Shown piece after piece: positions 50,620 through 61,853 of a stretch of DNA of 64,000 nt. This DNA comes from Eledone cirrhosa. Taxonomy: Eukaryota. A program made the translations under genes and the position numbers. The stretch spans positions 2,356,001 through 2,420,000 of the forward strand of contig OZ024766.1 in assembly GCA_964016885.1 (NCBI GenBank). Reading direction: 5' to 3'. Every line of letters begins with the position of its first letter. Within the stretch, counting starts at the first letter, position 1. The notes under the pieces were generated by a model that did not search any database, was not told where the DNA came from, and saw nothing but the letters and a program-made list of their open reading frames with translations.

Positions 50620-52195
50620 TGTTCCCGTGGGAAATCGGGTCTTCTGTATTACTGCGTGAAGCCAGAGGTCACGGTCATGTGTCATCGCCTTTGAGAGGTG
50701 CAATTGGGCAAGGTCAGCTTTTAGCACCTCATCCCAGGTCTTCTTGGGTCTCCCCACTCCGCGGTTTCCATTGACTTCTAGTGCTCTGCACCTTTTTATG
50801 CAGCTGTCATCCTTCATACGCATCACATGTCCATACCAATGCAACCTCCTCTCCTGCACACAGCATTTGATTCCTCTTATGCTCAGCCTCTCTCTCAATT
50901 TGTTTATACTTTGCTGTTCGCGTATATTACTATTACACATCCATCGGAGCATGCAGGCTTCGTTTCTTTCTAATCAACACAAGTCTTCTACACACAGCAC
51001 CCAGGTCTCACTACCATGTATTCACCATACAGTCTGCCTTTTATTTTGAGGGAAAAGCCTTTTGCAGCAAGCAGTGGCAGTAGCTCCCTAAATATATATA
51101 TATATACTTGGGAACTTGTGTGGGTATGTAGATATTTGTATTATATATATATATAAACATATAAAAATATATACATAAAATGTTGACAAAGAATGGTTTC
51201 TCTCTACATATGAAAGGTCGGTTAAATGATGCCTGTGTGAGATGCGCGATGCTGCATGGTAGTGAGACATGGGCAGCAACTGCAGAGGATATGCGACGGC
51301 TGGAGAGAAATGAAGCAAGCATGCTCCGTTGGATGTGCAGTGTCAATGTGCGTGAACGACCAAGCATAGACAAGTTGAAAGAGAAACTGTGTTTAAGAGG
51401 GATAAGTTGTAGTGTGCGGGAGAGAAGACTGAGATGGTATGGGCATGTGATGTGTTGAGAGAGAAACTGGGTATAAGAGGGATAAGTTTTAGTGTGTGGG
51501 AGAGAAGACTGAGATGGTATAGACATGTGATGTGTTGAGAGAGAAACTGGGTATAAGAGGGATAAGTTTTAGTGTGTGGGAGAGAAGACAGTGATGGTAT
51601 GGACATGTGATGTGTTGAGAGAGAAACTGGGTATAAGAGGGATAAGTTGTGGTGTGTGGGAGAGAAGACTGAGGTGGTATGGACATGTGATGTGTTGAGA
51701 GAGAAACTGGGTATAAGAGGGATAAGTTGTAGTGTGTGGGAGAGAAGACTGAGGTGGTATGGACATGTGATGTGTTGAGAGAGAAACTGGGTATAAGAGG
51801 GATAAGTTGTGGTGTGTGGGAGAGAAGACTGAGATGGTATGGACATGTGATGTGTTGAGAGAGAAACTGGGTATTAGAGGCATAAGTTGTGGTGTGTGGG
51901 AGAGAAGACTGAGATGGTATGGACATGTGATGTGTTGAGAGAGAAACTGGGTATTAGAGGCATAAGTTGTGGTGTGTGGAAGAGAAGACTGAGATGGTAT
52001 GGACATGTGATGTGTTGAGAGAGAAACTGGGTATAAGAGGGATAAGTTGTGGTGTGTGGGAGAGAAGACTGAGATGGTATGGACATGTGATGTGTTGAGA
52101 GAGAAACTGGGTATAAGAGGGATAAGTTGTGGTGTGTGGGAGAGAAGACTGAGGTGGTATGGACATGTGATGTGCATCGAGGATGACTGCTGGGT
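50620..52195. mobile_element. Two oppositely oriented RTE fragments, second with 80-bp array (~10 copies); paralogs 56617-58272 and 62583-63678
   Basis: MLRWMC..RRLHWYGHV..GRPKKTW (minus) and [18 protein letters not shown] (plus). Confidence 0.87.
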
Positions 52196-53006
52196 ATTAA
52201 GCCATTGCATGGTTGTCTCTCCTGGAAGTTTAAGTCCGTTACATTTGTCTGTGACACCCTTACAACATCGAATGTTGGTGTCACATATGTTGCCCCAAGC
52301 AGCGGGAGAAGAGAATTAGGGCATACTAGACAGACATAACAGGAAATACAAGCAGTGAGATGCTACACAAGATCTCAATAAACAAGTTAACCAGTGTTGG
52401 ACCAGACAATGTCATGTCATTATCTGCCACTAGGTGGCAGGGGAGTTGTTTTTCTCGTATGAGAACCATATAGTCAAACAGAAATCTTCTGTTACAGGTC
52501 CAGTCAAGTCAATTAACAATAGGTAGGCAACGCTTACTAAGTTACGGGACTGACCTGGTAGGCACACCTTGAGGTAACAGCTTGTCCCCACTTCATGCCA
52601 TGAAAAGCCAGATTAACTGGCTAAGGGACCTTACCCCAGTACCACTGACCACAGGATTAATGGGCTCCTGTGCCCAGCTAATTTGAGATATAATGATTCC
52701 TAAGGATATTTGGCCTTTCTTAGTCACCTGAGTAGGTGTCAGCTCTCTTGCAACAGCATGGCCATTGTCTACAGAAATATCTTTGCTGTTTTGTCCATGG
52801 GGTGCAGCAGAAACATTTCCCTGACTTCCCTGTTGAGTCTGTCACCCTCGCCTAATAGTCCTTACTCTTTTCTTCACTAAGTTCTTCCTCTACTTTCCTT
52901 TACAGTCAGATTTGCCCTTCTTCACCCTTTCTCCCTTGGCTTTTCATATACTTAATTTTCTTGATATCTTTTTTTTTAATATTTCCATTGTATAACTTCT
53001 GTTTGT

Positions 53007-53325
53007 AAAATATAGTTGACATGTGTATGACAGGTATCAAAATATAGTTGACATATGTATGACAGGTATCAAAATATAGTTGACATATGTATGACAGTTA
53101 TCAAAATACAGTTGACATATGTATGACAGGTATCAAAATATAGTTGACATATGTATGACAGGTATCAAAATATAGTTGACATATGTATGACAGTTATCAA
53201 AATACAGTTGACATATGTATGACAGGTATCAAAATATAGTTGACATGTGTATGACAGCTATATAGTTGACATATCTGTGACAGGTATCAAAATACAGTTG
53301 ACATATGTATGACAGATATCAAAAT
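53007..53325. repeat. 32-bp minisatellite (~10 copies)
   Basis: Unit aaaatatagttgacatatgtatgacaggtatc. Confidence 0.94.
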
Positions 53326-53821
53326 AAAAGCCTAATTTATAGAATTGATTAGGTAAAAATGAATCAATAAAAAAAAAGGAAAAGACACACATACTTCCTT
53401 AATTACACACCACAACAGGGAATGTTGGTGTTGCCCCCAAGATTTAATATAGCAGACAAGACATTACCTCAGATGATAGAGGGACCCTTAATTACACACA
53501 CTGTAGCAAGCAATGTTAGTGTTGACAAACCAATGATGAAATTTCGGCATAGATTTAAAATTAATTCAAAAAGTCAAGAATAGATCAAAGAAAGATTTTA
53601 ATTTTAAATGAAAATATATTTGTAAAAATGGCCAGCAATGTTTGGAGTCTATCAAACTGCCAAGTATTCACATTTGATATTGGTGGAAAATAAGTTTAGA
53701 TTTGTAAGAGGAAGGGTGTCTCCTGTTTCACAGTTAAAAACTTTCCTTCCTCTGTATGTTTGTGTGTAAGTAACTGTTAGAGAAAAAATATTTCCCACAT
53801 ATTTCACTGTGTAAAAAGTTT

Positions 53822-54715
53822 CTAACCAGTGTGTGTTATTTTGTGTTTATTATATTCCCTGTTGCTAATAAAAGATTCCCCACATATTTCACAGGGATAA
53901 GGTTTTTCTCCAGTGTGTGTTCGTTTGTGACTAGTTAAAAAACTGTTTGTTACAAAAGATTTCCCACATATTTCACAATTATAGGGTTTCTCTCCAGTAT
54001 GTATTCTTCTATGTACAGTTAAATAACTGCTCTGTACAAACGCTCTCCCACATATATCACATGGATAGGGTTTCTCTCCAGTGTGTGCCCTTCTGTGAAT
54101 TATAAGAACAGCACTATCAGCAAAAGATTTCCCACATATTTCACATTTAAAAGGTTTCTCTCCGGTGTGAATACGTACATGTCTAACAAGATTAGATTTC
54201 TCTCGAAAAGATTCTCCACATACTTCACAGGGAAATAGTTTTTCTCCACTGTGTGTACGTAAATGCCTAAGAAAATTGTGATTCTGGCTGAAAGATTTCC
54301 CACATGTTTCACATTTGAAGGGCTTCTCTCCAGTATGTGTTCTTTTGTGAACTGCAAGACCACCGAACTCAATGAAAGATTTCCCACATATTTCACAATG
54401 ATAGGGTTTCTCTCCAGTGTGTCTTCTATAGTGTCGAGTCAATTGACTACTCCTGCCAAAAGATTTCCCACATATGTCACAATGATAGGGTTTGTCTTTA
54501 ATATGTATGAGGTTGTGTGTAGATAATTCATCTTCTGATGAAAAAGTTTTCATACAAATCTCACAGCTATATTCAGGAATATTTCCGTGTAATGATCCTT
54601 GTTCAGTACATGTTTCACTAGGTAAAGGTTTCTCACCACTGTATGTCTGGGTAACTGTATCTATATCGGTAGAAACAGGTGTGGTATACATGTCCAAGTA
54701 TTTAACGCCCTCCAT
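53822..54715 (-). CDS. C2H2 zinc-finger protein D, 9 fingers, 297 aa
   Basis: Intact ORF, near-identical to C and E. Confidence 0.93.
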   Translation of the reverse strand: MEGVKYLDMYTTPVSTDIDTVTQTYSGEKPLPSETCTEQGSLHGNIPEYSCEICMKTFSSEDELSTHNLIHIKDKPYHCDICGKSFGRSSQLTRHYRRHTGEKPYHCEICGKSFIEFGGLAVHKRTHTGEKPFKCETCGKSFSQNHNFLRHLRTHSGEKLFPCEVCGESFREKSNLVRHVRIHTGEKPFKCEICGKSFADSAVLIIHRRAHTGEKPYPCDICGRAFVQSSYLTVHRRIHTGEKPYNCEICGKSFVTNSFLTSHKRTHTGEKPYPCEICGESFISNREYNKHKITHTG

Positions 54716-55456
54716 AGTAATTCTTGAAGAATTCTTCGAAGTTCTGAAGATATATAACTGTGTAAGACTGATGTCGGTATAAGAAAGAGGGAGTCTGTGT
54801 TTGTTTGTGTCTTAATAAATCAGGATTGTTCACCACGGAATGTAGAAAAGTACACAATATCTGCTGTGTTAACAATACAAATAATACGTACTTTATATTT
54901 CAAGTCCAAGTGTAAAGTCAAGAAAGACCAGGAAAGCTAATTGTTCAGATGTTGGTGATTTAAACCTATTTTTCACTGTCCTGTAAAATGTGGAACAACC
55001 AATTCACGATGTAGCGTAGTTTCTCATGAAATGAAATATTTAATCATGTAGGAGATGGAACACCTACCCTGGAACATGTAGCTCACTCTATGTTATCTAC
55101 AGAATATTAACTGTCACCTTAACATGAGATAATTGCTACACAAGATATAATTAGATTAATTAAAGTTATAATTAAGATAGCTGGTACGTGGTGTCGTTGG
55201 TAGTGCTTCACTCTCCTGAATAACACCGGTGTAATACGTTAAAGGTCCCTGACATAAATTAAAACCTTCAGAAAGACCTTCAGTTATATCAATTCACTCT
55301 ATCAATTGTATCCAACCCCTGGTAAAACAAGCAGCATCACTCAGTGAAATATTTATGACGCATCAAGGAGGGAGTCTCTTACCTGGTTATTGTCTTGGTA
55401 GAAATAGCAGCTAAATCACACTCTACTGTCATAAAACAGAGGAAGAACACATTCAG

Positions 55457-55507
<51 letters not shown>

Positions 55508-58500
55508 GTTGACCCCCGGTATTTGCGGGAGCTACGTTCCGAGAGCACCAGTGAAGAGTGAAAAACCGCGAATATTGGGCGTGGTTCATAAAAATGCAAT
55601 AAAGATCAATATATATATATTTATATTTATTTTTTTTAAATAATACATTAAAGCATAGAATCGCTGCTTTCACCCTTAACGGGATCTTCTGAAAGAGTTT
55701 CAGAAAATCCCGTTAAGTGTGAAAGCAGCGATTCTTTGTTTTAATCTGTTATTCTAATAAATATTTGCTCTACGGTTTTCTATCTATTATCCTTCGGATT
55801 TTGGTCTTCACATTTATTATTATTACCATATATATACCATCATCATCAACATCACCGTTTTACGTCCGTTCTTCCAGGCTAGCATGGGTTAGACGGGTTG
55901 TCCTGTTGTGGGCAATACCAGGTCGGGTGACCTTCTCTTGCTCATACGGGAACTGATTCTGGCTTGGTTTCTACAGCTGGATGCCCTTCCTAACACCAAC
56001 CTCATTTACAGTGAGTGCTGGGTGCTTTTTTTCGTGGCACCTCCACGTCCACTTTACAGAGTGGACTGGGTGCTTTTTGTTGTGACACCTACATCACCAC
56101 TTTACAGTGTGGACTGGGTACTTGTTGTTGTGACACCTACATCACCACTTTACAGTGTGGACTGGGTACTTGTTGTTGTGACACCTACATCACCACTTTA
56201 CAGTGTGGACTGGGTACTTGTTGTTGTGACACCTACATCACCACTTTACAGTGTGGACTGGGTGCTTGTTGTTGTGACACCTACATCACCACTTTACAGT
56301 GTGGACTGGGTACTTGTTGTTGTGACACCTACATCACCACTTTACAGTGTGGACTGGGTACTTGTTGTTGTGACACCTACATCACCACTTTACAGTGTGG
56401 ACTGGGTACTTTTTGTTGTGACACCTACATCACCACTTTACAGTGTGGACTGGGTACTTGTTGTGACACCTACATCACCACTTTACAGTGTGGACTGGGT
56501 GCTTTTTGTTGTGACACCTACATGACCACTTTACAGAGTGGACTGGGTGATATTTGTCATGAGACCTCCACGACCACTTTGGAGGGGTGGGGGCACATTG
56601 TCTATATGCTTTGGCTTGTTCCCGTGGGAAATCGGGTCTTCTGTATTACTGCGTGACGCCAGAGGTCACGGTCATGTGTCATCGCCTTTGAGAGGTGCAA
56701 TTGGGCAAGGTCAGCTTTTATCACCTCATCCCAGGTCTTCTTGGGTCTCCCCACTCCGCGGTTTCCATTGACTTCTAGTGCTCTGCACCTTTTTATGCAG
56801 CTGTCATCCTTCATACGCATCACATGTCCATACCAATGCAACCTCCTCTCCTGCACACAGCATTTGATTCCTCTTATGCTCAGCCTCTCTCTCAATTTGT
56901 TTATACTTTGCTGTTCGCGTATATTACTATTACACATCCATCGGAGCATGCAGGCTTCGTTTCTTTCTAATCAACGCAAGTCTTCTACACACAGCACCCA
57001 GGTCTCACTACCATGTATTCACCATACAGTCTGCCTTTTATTTTGAGGGAAAAGCCTTTTGCAGCAAGCAGTGGCAGTAGCTCCCTAAATATATATATAT
57101 ATACTTGGGAACTTGTGTGGGTATGTAGATATTTGTATTATATATATATATAAACATATAAAAATATATACATAAAATGTTGACAAAGAATGGTTTCTCT
57201 CTACATATGAAAGGTCGGTTAAATGATGCTTGTGTGAGATGCGCGATGCTGCATGGTAGTGAGACATGGGCAGCAACTGCAGAGGATATGCGACGGCTGG
57301 AGAGAAATGAAGCAAGCATGCTCCGTTGGATGTGCAGTGTCAATGTGCGTGAACGACCAAGCATAGACAAGTTGAAAGAGAAACTGTGTTTAAGAGGGAT
57401 AAGTTGTAGTGTGCGGGAGAGAAGACTGAGATGGTATGGGCATGTGATGTGTTGAGAGAGAAACTGGGTATAAGAGGGATAAGTTTTAGTGTGTGGGAGA
57501 GAAGACTGAGATGGTATGGACATGTGATGTGTTGAGAGAGAAACTGGGTATAAGAGGGATAAGTTTTAGTGTGTGGGAGAGAAGACTGTGATGGTATGGA
57601 CATGTGATGTGTTGAGAGAGAAACTGGGTATAAGAGGGATAAGTTGTGGTGTGTGGGAGAGAAGACTGAGGTGGTATGGACATGTGATGTGTTGAGAGAG
57701 AAACTGGGTATAAGAGGGATAAGTTGTAGTGTGTGGGAGAGAAGACTGAGGTGGTATGGACATGTGATGTGTTAAGAGAGAAACTGGGTATAAGAGGGAT
57801 AAGTTGTGGTGTGTGGGAGAGAAGACTGAGATGGTATGGACATGTGATGTGTTGAGAGAGAAACTGGGTATTAGAGGCATAAGTTGTGGTGTGTGGGAGA
57901 GAAGACTGAGATGGTATGGACATGTGATGTGTTGAGAGAGAAACTGGGTATTAGAGGCATAAGTTGTGGTGTGTGGAAGAGAAGACTGAGATGGTATGGA
58001 CATGTGATGTGTTGAGAGAGAAACTGGGTATAAGAGGCATAAGTTTTAGTGTGTGGGAGAGAAGACTGAGATGGTATGGACATGTGATGTGTTGAGAGAG
58101 AAACTGGGTATTAGAGGGATAAGTTGTGGTGTGTGGGAGAGAAGACTGAGATGGTATGGACATGTGATGTGTTGAGAGAGAAACTGGGTATAAGAGGGAT
58201 AAGTTGTGGTGTGTGGGAGAGAAGACTGAGGTGGTATGGACATGTGATGTGCATCGAGGATGACTGCTGGGTATTAAGCCATTGCATGGTTGTCTCTCCT
58301 GGAAGTTTAAGTCCGTTACATTTGTCTGTGACACCCTTACAACATCGAATGTTGGTGTCACATATGTTGCCCCAAGCAGCGGGAGAAGAGAATTAGGGCA
58401 TACTAGACAGACATAACAGGAAATACAAGCAGTGAGATGCTACACAAGATCTCAATAAACAAGTTAACCAGTGTTGGACCAGACAATGTCATGTCATTAT

Positions 58501-59082
58501 CTGCCACTAGGTGGCAGGGGAGTTGTTTTTCTCGTATGAGAACCATATAGTCAAACAGAAATCTTCTTTAAAGGTCCAGTCAAATCAATTAACAATGGGT
58601 AGGCAACGCTTACTAAGTTACGGGACTGACCTGGTAGGCACACCTTGAGGTAACAGCTTGTCCCCACTTCATGCCATGAAAAGCCAGATTAACTGGCTAA
58701 GGGACCTTACCCCAGTACCACTGACCACAGGATTAATGGGCTCCTGTGCCCAGCTAATTTGAGATATAATGATTCCTAAGGATATTTGGCCTTTCTTAGT
58801 CACCTGAGTAGGTGTCAGCTCTCTTGCAACAGCATGGCCATTGTCTACAGAAATATCTTTGCTGTTTTGTCCATGGGGTGCAGCAGAAACATTTCCTTGA
58901 CTTCCCTGTCGAGTCTGTCACCCTCGCCTAATAGTCCTTACTCTTTTCTTCACTAAGTTCTTCCTCTACTTTCCTTTACAGTCAGATTTGCCCTTCTTCA
59001 CCCTTTCTCCCTTGGCTTTTCATATACTTAATTTTCTTGATATCTTTTTTTTAAATATTTCCATTGTATAACTTCTGTTTGT

Positions 59083-59690
59083 AAAATATAGTTGACATGT
59101 GTATGACAGGTATCAAAATATAGTTGACATATGTATGACAGGTATCAAAATATAGTTGACATGTGTATGACAGGTATCAAAATATAGTTGACATGTGTAT
59201 GACAGGTATCAAAATATAGTTGACATGTGTATGACAGGTATCAAAATATAGTTGACATATGTATGACAGGTATCAAAATATAGTTGACATGTGTATGACA
59301 GGTATCAAAATATAGTTGACATATGTATGACAGGTATCAAAATATAGTTGACATGTGTATGACAGGTATCAAAATATAGTTGACATGTGTATGACAGGTA
59401 TCAAAATATAGTTGACATATGTATGACAGGTATCAAAATACAGTTGACATATGTATGACAGGTATCAAAATACAGTTGACATATGTATGACAGGTATCAA
59501 AATATAGTTGACATGTGTATGACAGTTATCAAAATACAGTTGACATATGTATGACAGCTATCAAAATACAGTTGACATATGTATGACAGGTATCAAAATA
59601 TAGTTGACATGTGTATGACAGCTATATAGTTGACATATCTGTGACAGGTATCAAAATACAGTTGACATATGTATGACAGATATCAAAATA
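59083..59690. repeat. 32-bp minisatellite (~19 copies)
   Basis: Same unit as 53007-53325. Confidence 0.94.
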
Positions 59691-60185
59691 AAAGCCTAAT
59701 TTATAGAATTGATTAGGTAAAAATGAATCAATAAAAAAAAAGGAAAAGACACACATACTTCCTTAATTACACACCACAACAGGGAATGTTGGTGTTGCCC
59801 CCAAGATTTAATATAGCAGACAAGACATTACCTCAGATGATAGAGGGACCCTTAATTACACACACTGTAGCAAGCAATGTTAGTGTTGACAAACCAATGA
59901 TGAAATTTCGGCATAGATTTAAAATTAATTCAAAAAGTCAAGAATAGATCAAAGAAAGATTTTAATTTTAAATGAAAATATATTTGTAAAAATGGCCAGC
60001 AATGTTTGGAGTCTATCAAACTGCCAAGTATTCACATTTGATATTGGTGGAAAATAAGTTTAGATTTGTAAGAGGAAGGGTGTCTCCTGTTTCACAGTTA
60101 AAAACTTTCCTTCCTCTGTATGTTTGTGTGTAAGTAACTGTTAGAGAAAAAATATTTCCCACATATTTCACTGTGTAAAAAGTTT

Positions 60186-61079
60186 CTAACCAGTGTGTGT
60201 TATTTTGTGTTTATTATATTCCCTGTTGCTAATAAAAGATTCCCCACATATTTCACAGGGATAAGGTTTTTCTCCAGTGTGTGTTCGTTTGTGACTAGTT
60301 AAAAAACTGTTTGTTACAAAAGATTTCCCACATATTTCACAATTATAGGGTTTCTCTCCAGTATGTATTCTTCTATGTACAGTTAAATAACTGCTCTGTA
60401 CAAACGCTCTCCCACATATATCACATGGATAGGGTTTCTCTCCAGTGTGTGCCCTTCTGTGAATTATAAGAACAGCACTATCAGCAAAAGATTTCCCACA
60501 TATTTCACATTTAAAAGGTTTCTCTCCGGTGTGAATACGTACATGTCTAACAAGATTAGATTTCTCTCGAAAAGATTCTCCACATACTTCACAGGGAAAT
60601 AGTTTTTCTCCACTGTGTGTACGTAAATGCCTAAGAAAATTGTGATTCTGGCTGAAAGATTTCCCACATGTTTCACATTTGAAGGGCTTCTCTCCAGTAT
60701 GTGTTCTTTTGTGAACTGCAAGACCACCGAACTCAATGAAAGATTTCCCACATATTTCACAATGATAGGGTCTCTCTCCAGTGTGTCTTCTTTTGTGGTT
60801 AGTCAATTGACTACTCGTGCCAAAAGATCTCCCACATATGTCACAATGATAGCGTTTGTCTTTAATATGTATGCGTTTGTGTGTAGATAATTCATCTTCT
60901 GATGAAAAAGTTTTCATACAAATCTCACAGCTATATTCAGGAATATTTCCGTGTAATGATCCTTGTTCAGTACATGTTTCACTAGGTAAAGGTTTCTCAC
61001 CACTGTATGTCTGTGTAACTGTATCTATATCGGTAGAAACAGGTGTGGTATACATGTCCAAGTATTTAACGCCCTCCAT
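60186..61079 (-). CDS. C2H2 zinc-finger protein E, 9 fingers, 297 aa
   Basis: Intact ORF; protein identical to D from finger 3 onward. Confidence 0.93.
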   Translation of the reverse strand: MEGVKYLDMYTTPVSTDIDTVTQTYSGEKPLPSETCTEQGSLHGNIPEYSCEICMKTFSSEDELSTHKRIHIKDKRYHCDICGRSFGTSSQLTNHKRRHTGERPYHCEICGKSFIEFGGLAVHKRTHTGEKPFKCETCGKSFSQNHNFLRHLRTHSGEKLFPCEVCGESFREKSNLVRHVRIHTGEKPFKCEICGKSFADSAVLIIHRRAHTGEKPYPCDICGRAFVQSSYLTVHRRIHTGEKPYNCEICGKSFVTNSFLTSHKRTHTGEKPYPCEICGESFISNREYNKHKITHTG

Positions 61080-61812
61080 AGTAATTCTTGAAGAATTCTT
61101 CGAAGTTCTGAAGATATATAACTGTGTAAGACTGATGTCGGTATAAGAAAGAGGGAGTCTGTGTTTGTTTGTGTCTTAATAAATCAGGATTTTTCACCAC
61201 GGAGTGTAGAAAAGTACACAATATCTGCTGTGTTAACAATACAAATAATACGTACTTTATATTTCAAGTCCAAATGTAAAGTCAAGAAAGCTAATTGTTC
61301 AGATGTTGGTGATTTAAACCTATTTCTCACTGTCCTGTAAAATGTGGAGCAACCAATTCACGATGTAGCGTAGTTTCTCATGAAATGAAATATTTAATAA
61401 TGTAGGAGAAGGAACACCTACCCTGGAACATGTAGCTCACTCTATGTTATCTTTAGAATATTAACTTTCACTTTAACATGAGATAATTGCTACACAAGAT
61501 ATAATTAGATTAATTAATGTTATAATTAAGATAGCTGGTACGTGGTGTCGTTGGTAATGCTTCACTCTCCTGAATAACACCGGTGTAATACGTTAAAGGT
61601 CCCTGACATAAATTAAAACCTTCAGAAATACCTTCAGTTATATCAATTCACTCTATCAATTGTATCCAACCCATGGTAAAACAAGCAGCATCACTCAGTG
61701 AAATATTTATTACGCATCAAGGAGGGAGTCTCTTACCTGGTTATTGTCCTGGTAGAAATAGCAGCCAAATCACACTCTGCTGTCATAAAACAGAGGAAGA
61801 ACACATTCAGTC

Positions 61813-61853
<41 letters not shown>

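Noticed and set aside
60770-60835. AAA>AGA (K>R) differences in gene E resembling hard-wired A-to-I edits
   Set aside because: Only two or three transitions; indistinguishable from ordinary mutation without editing data
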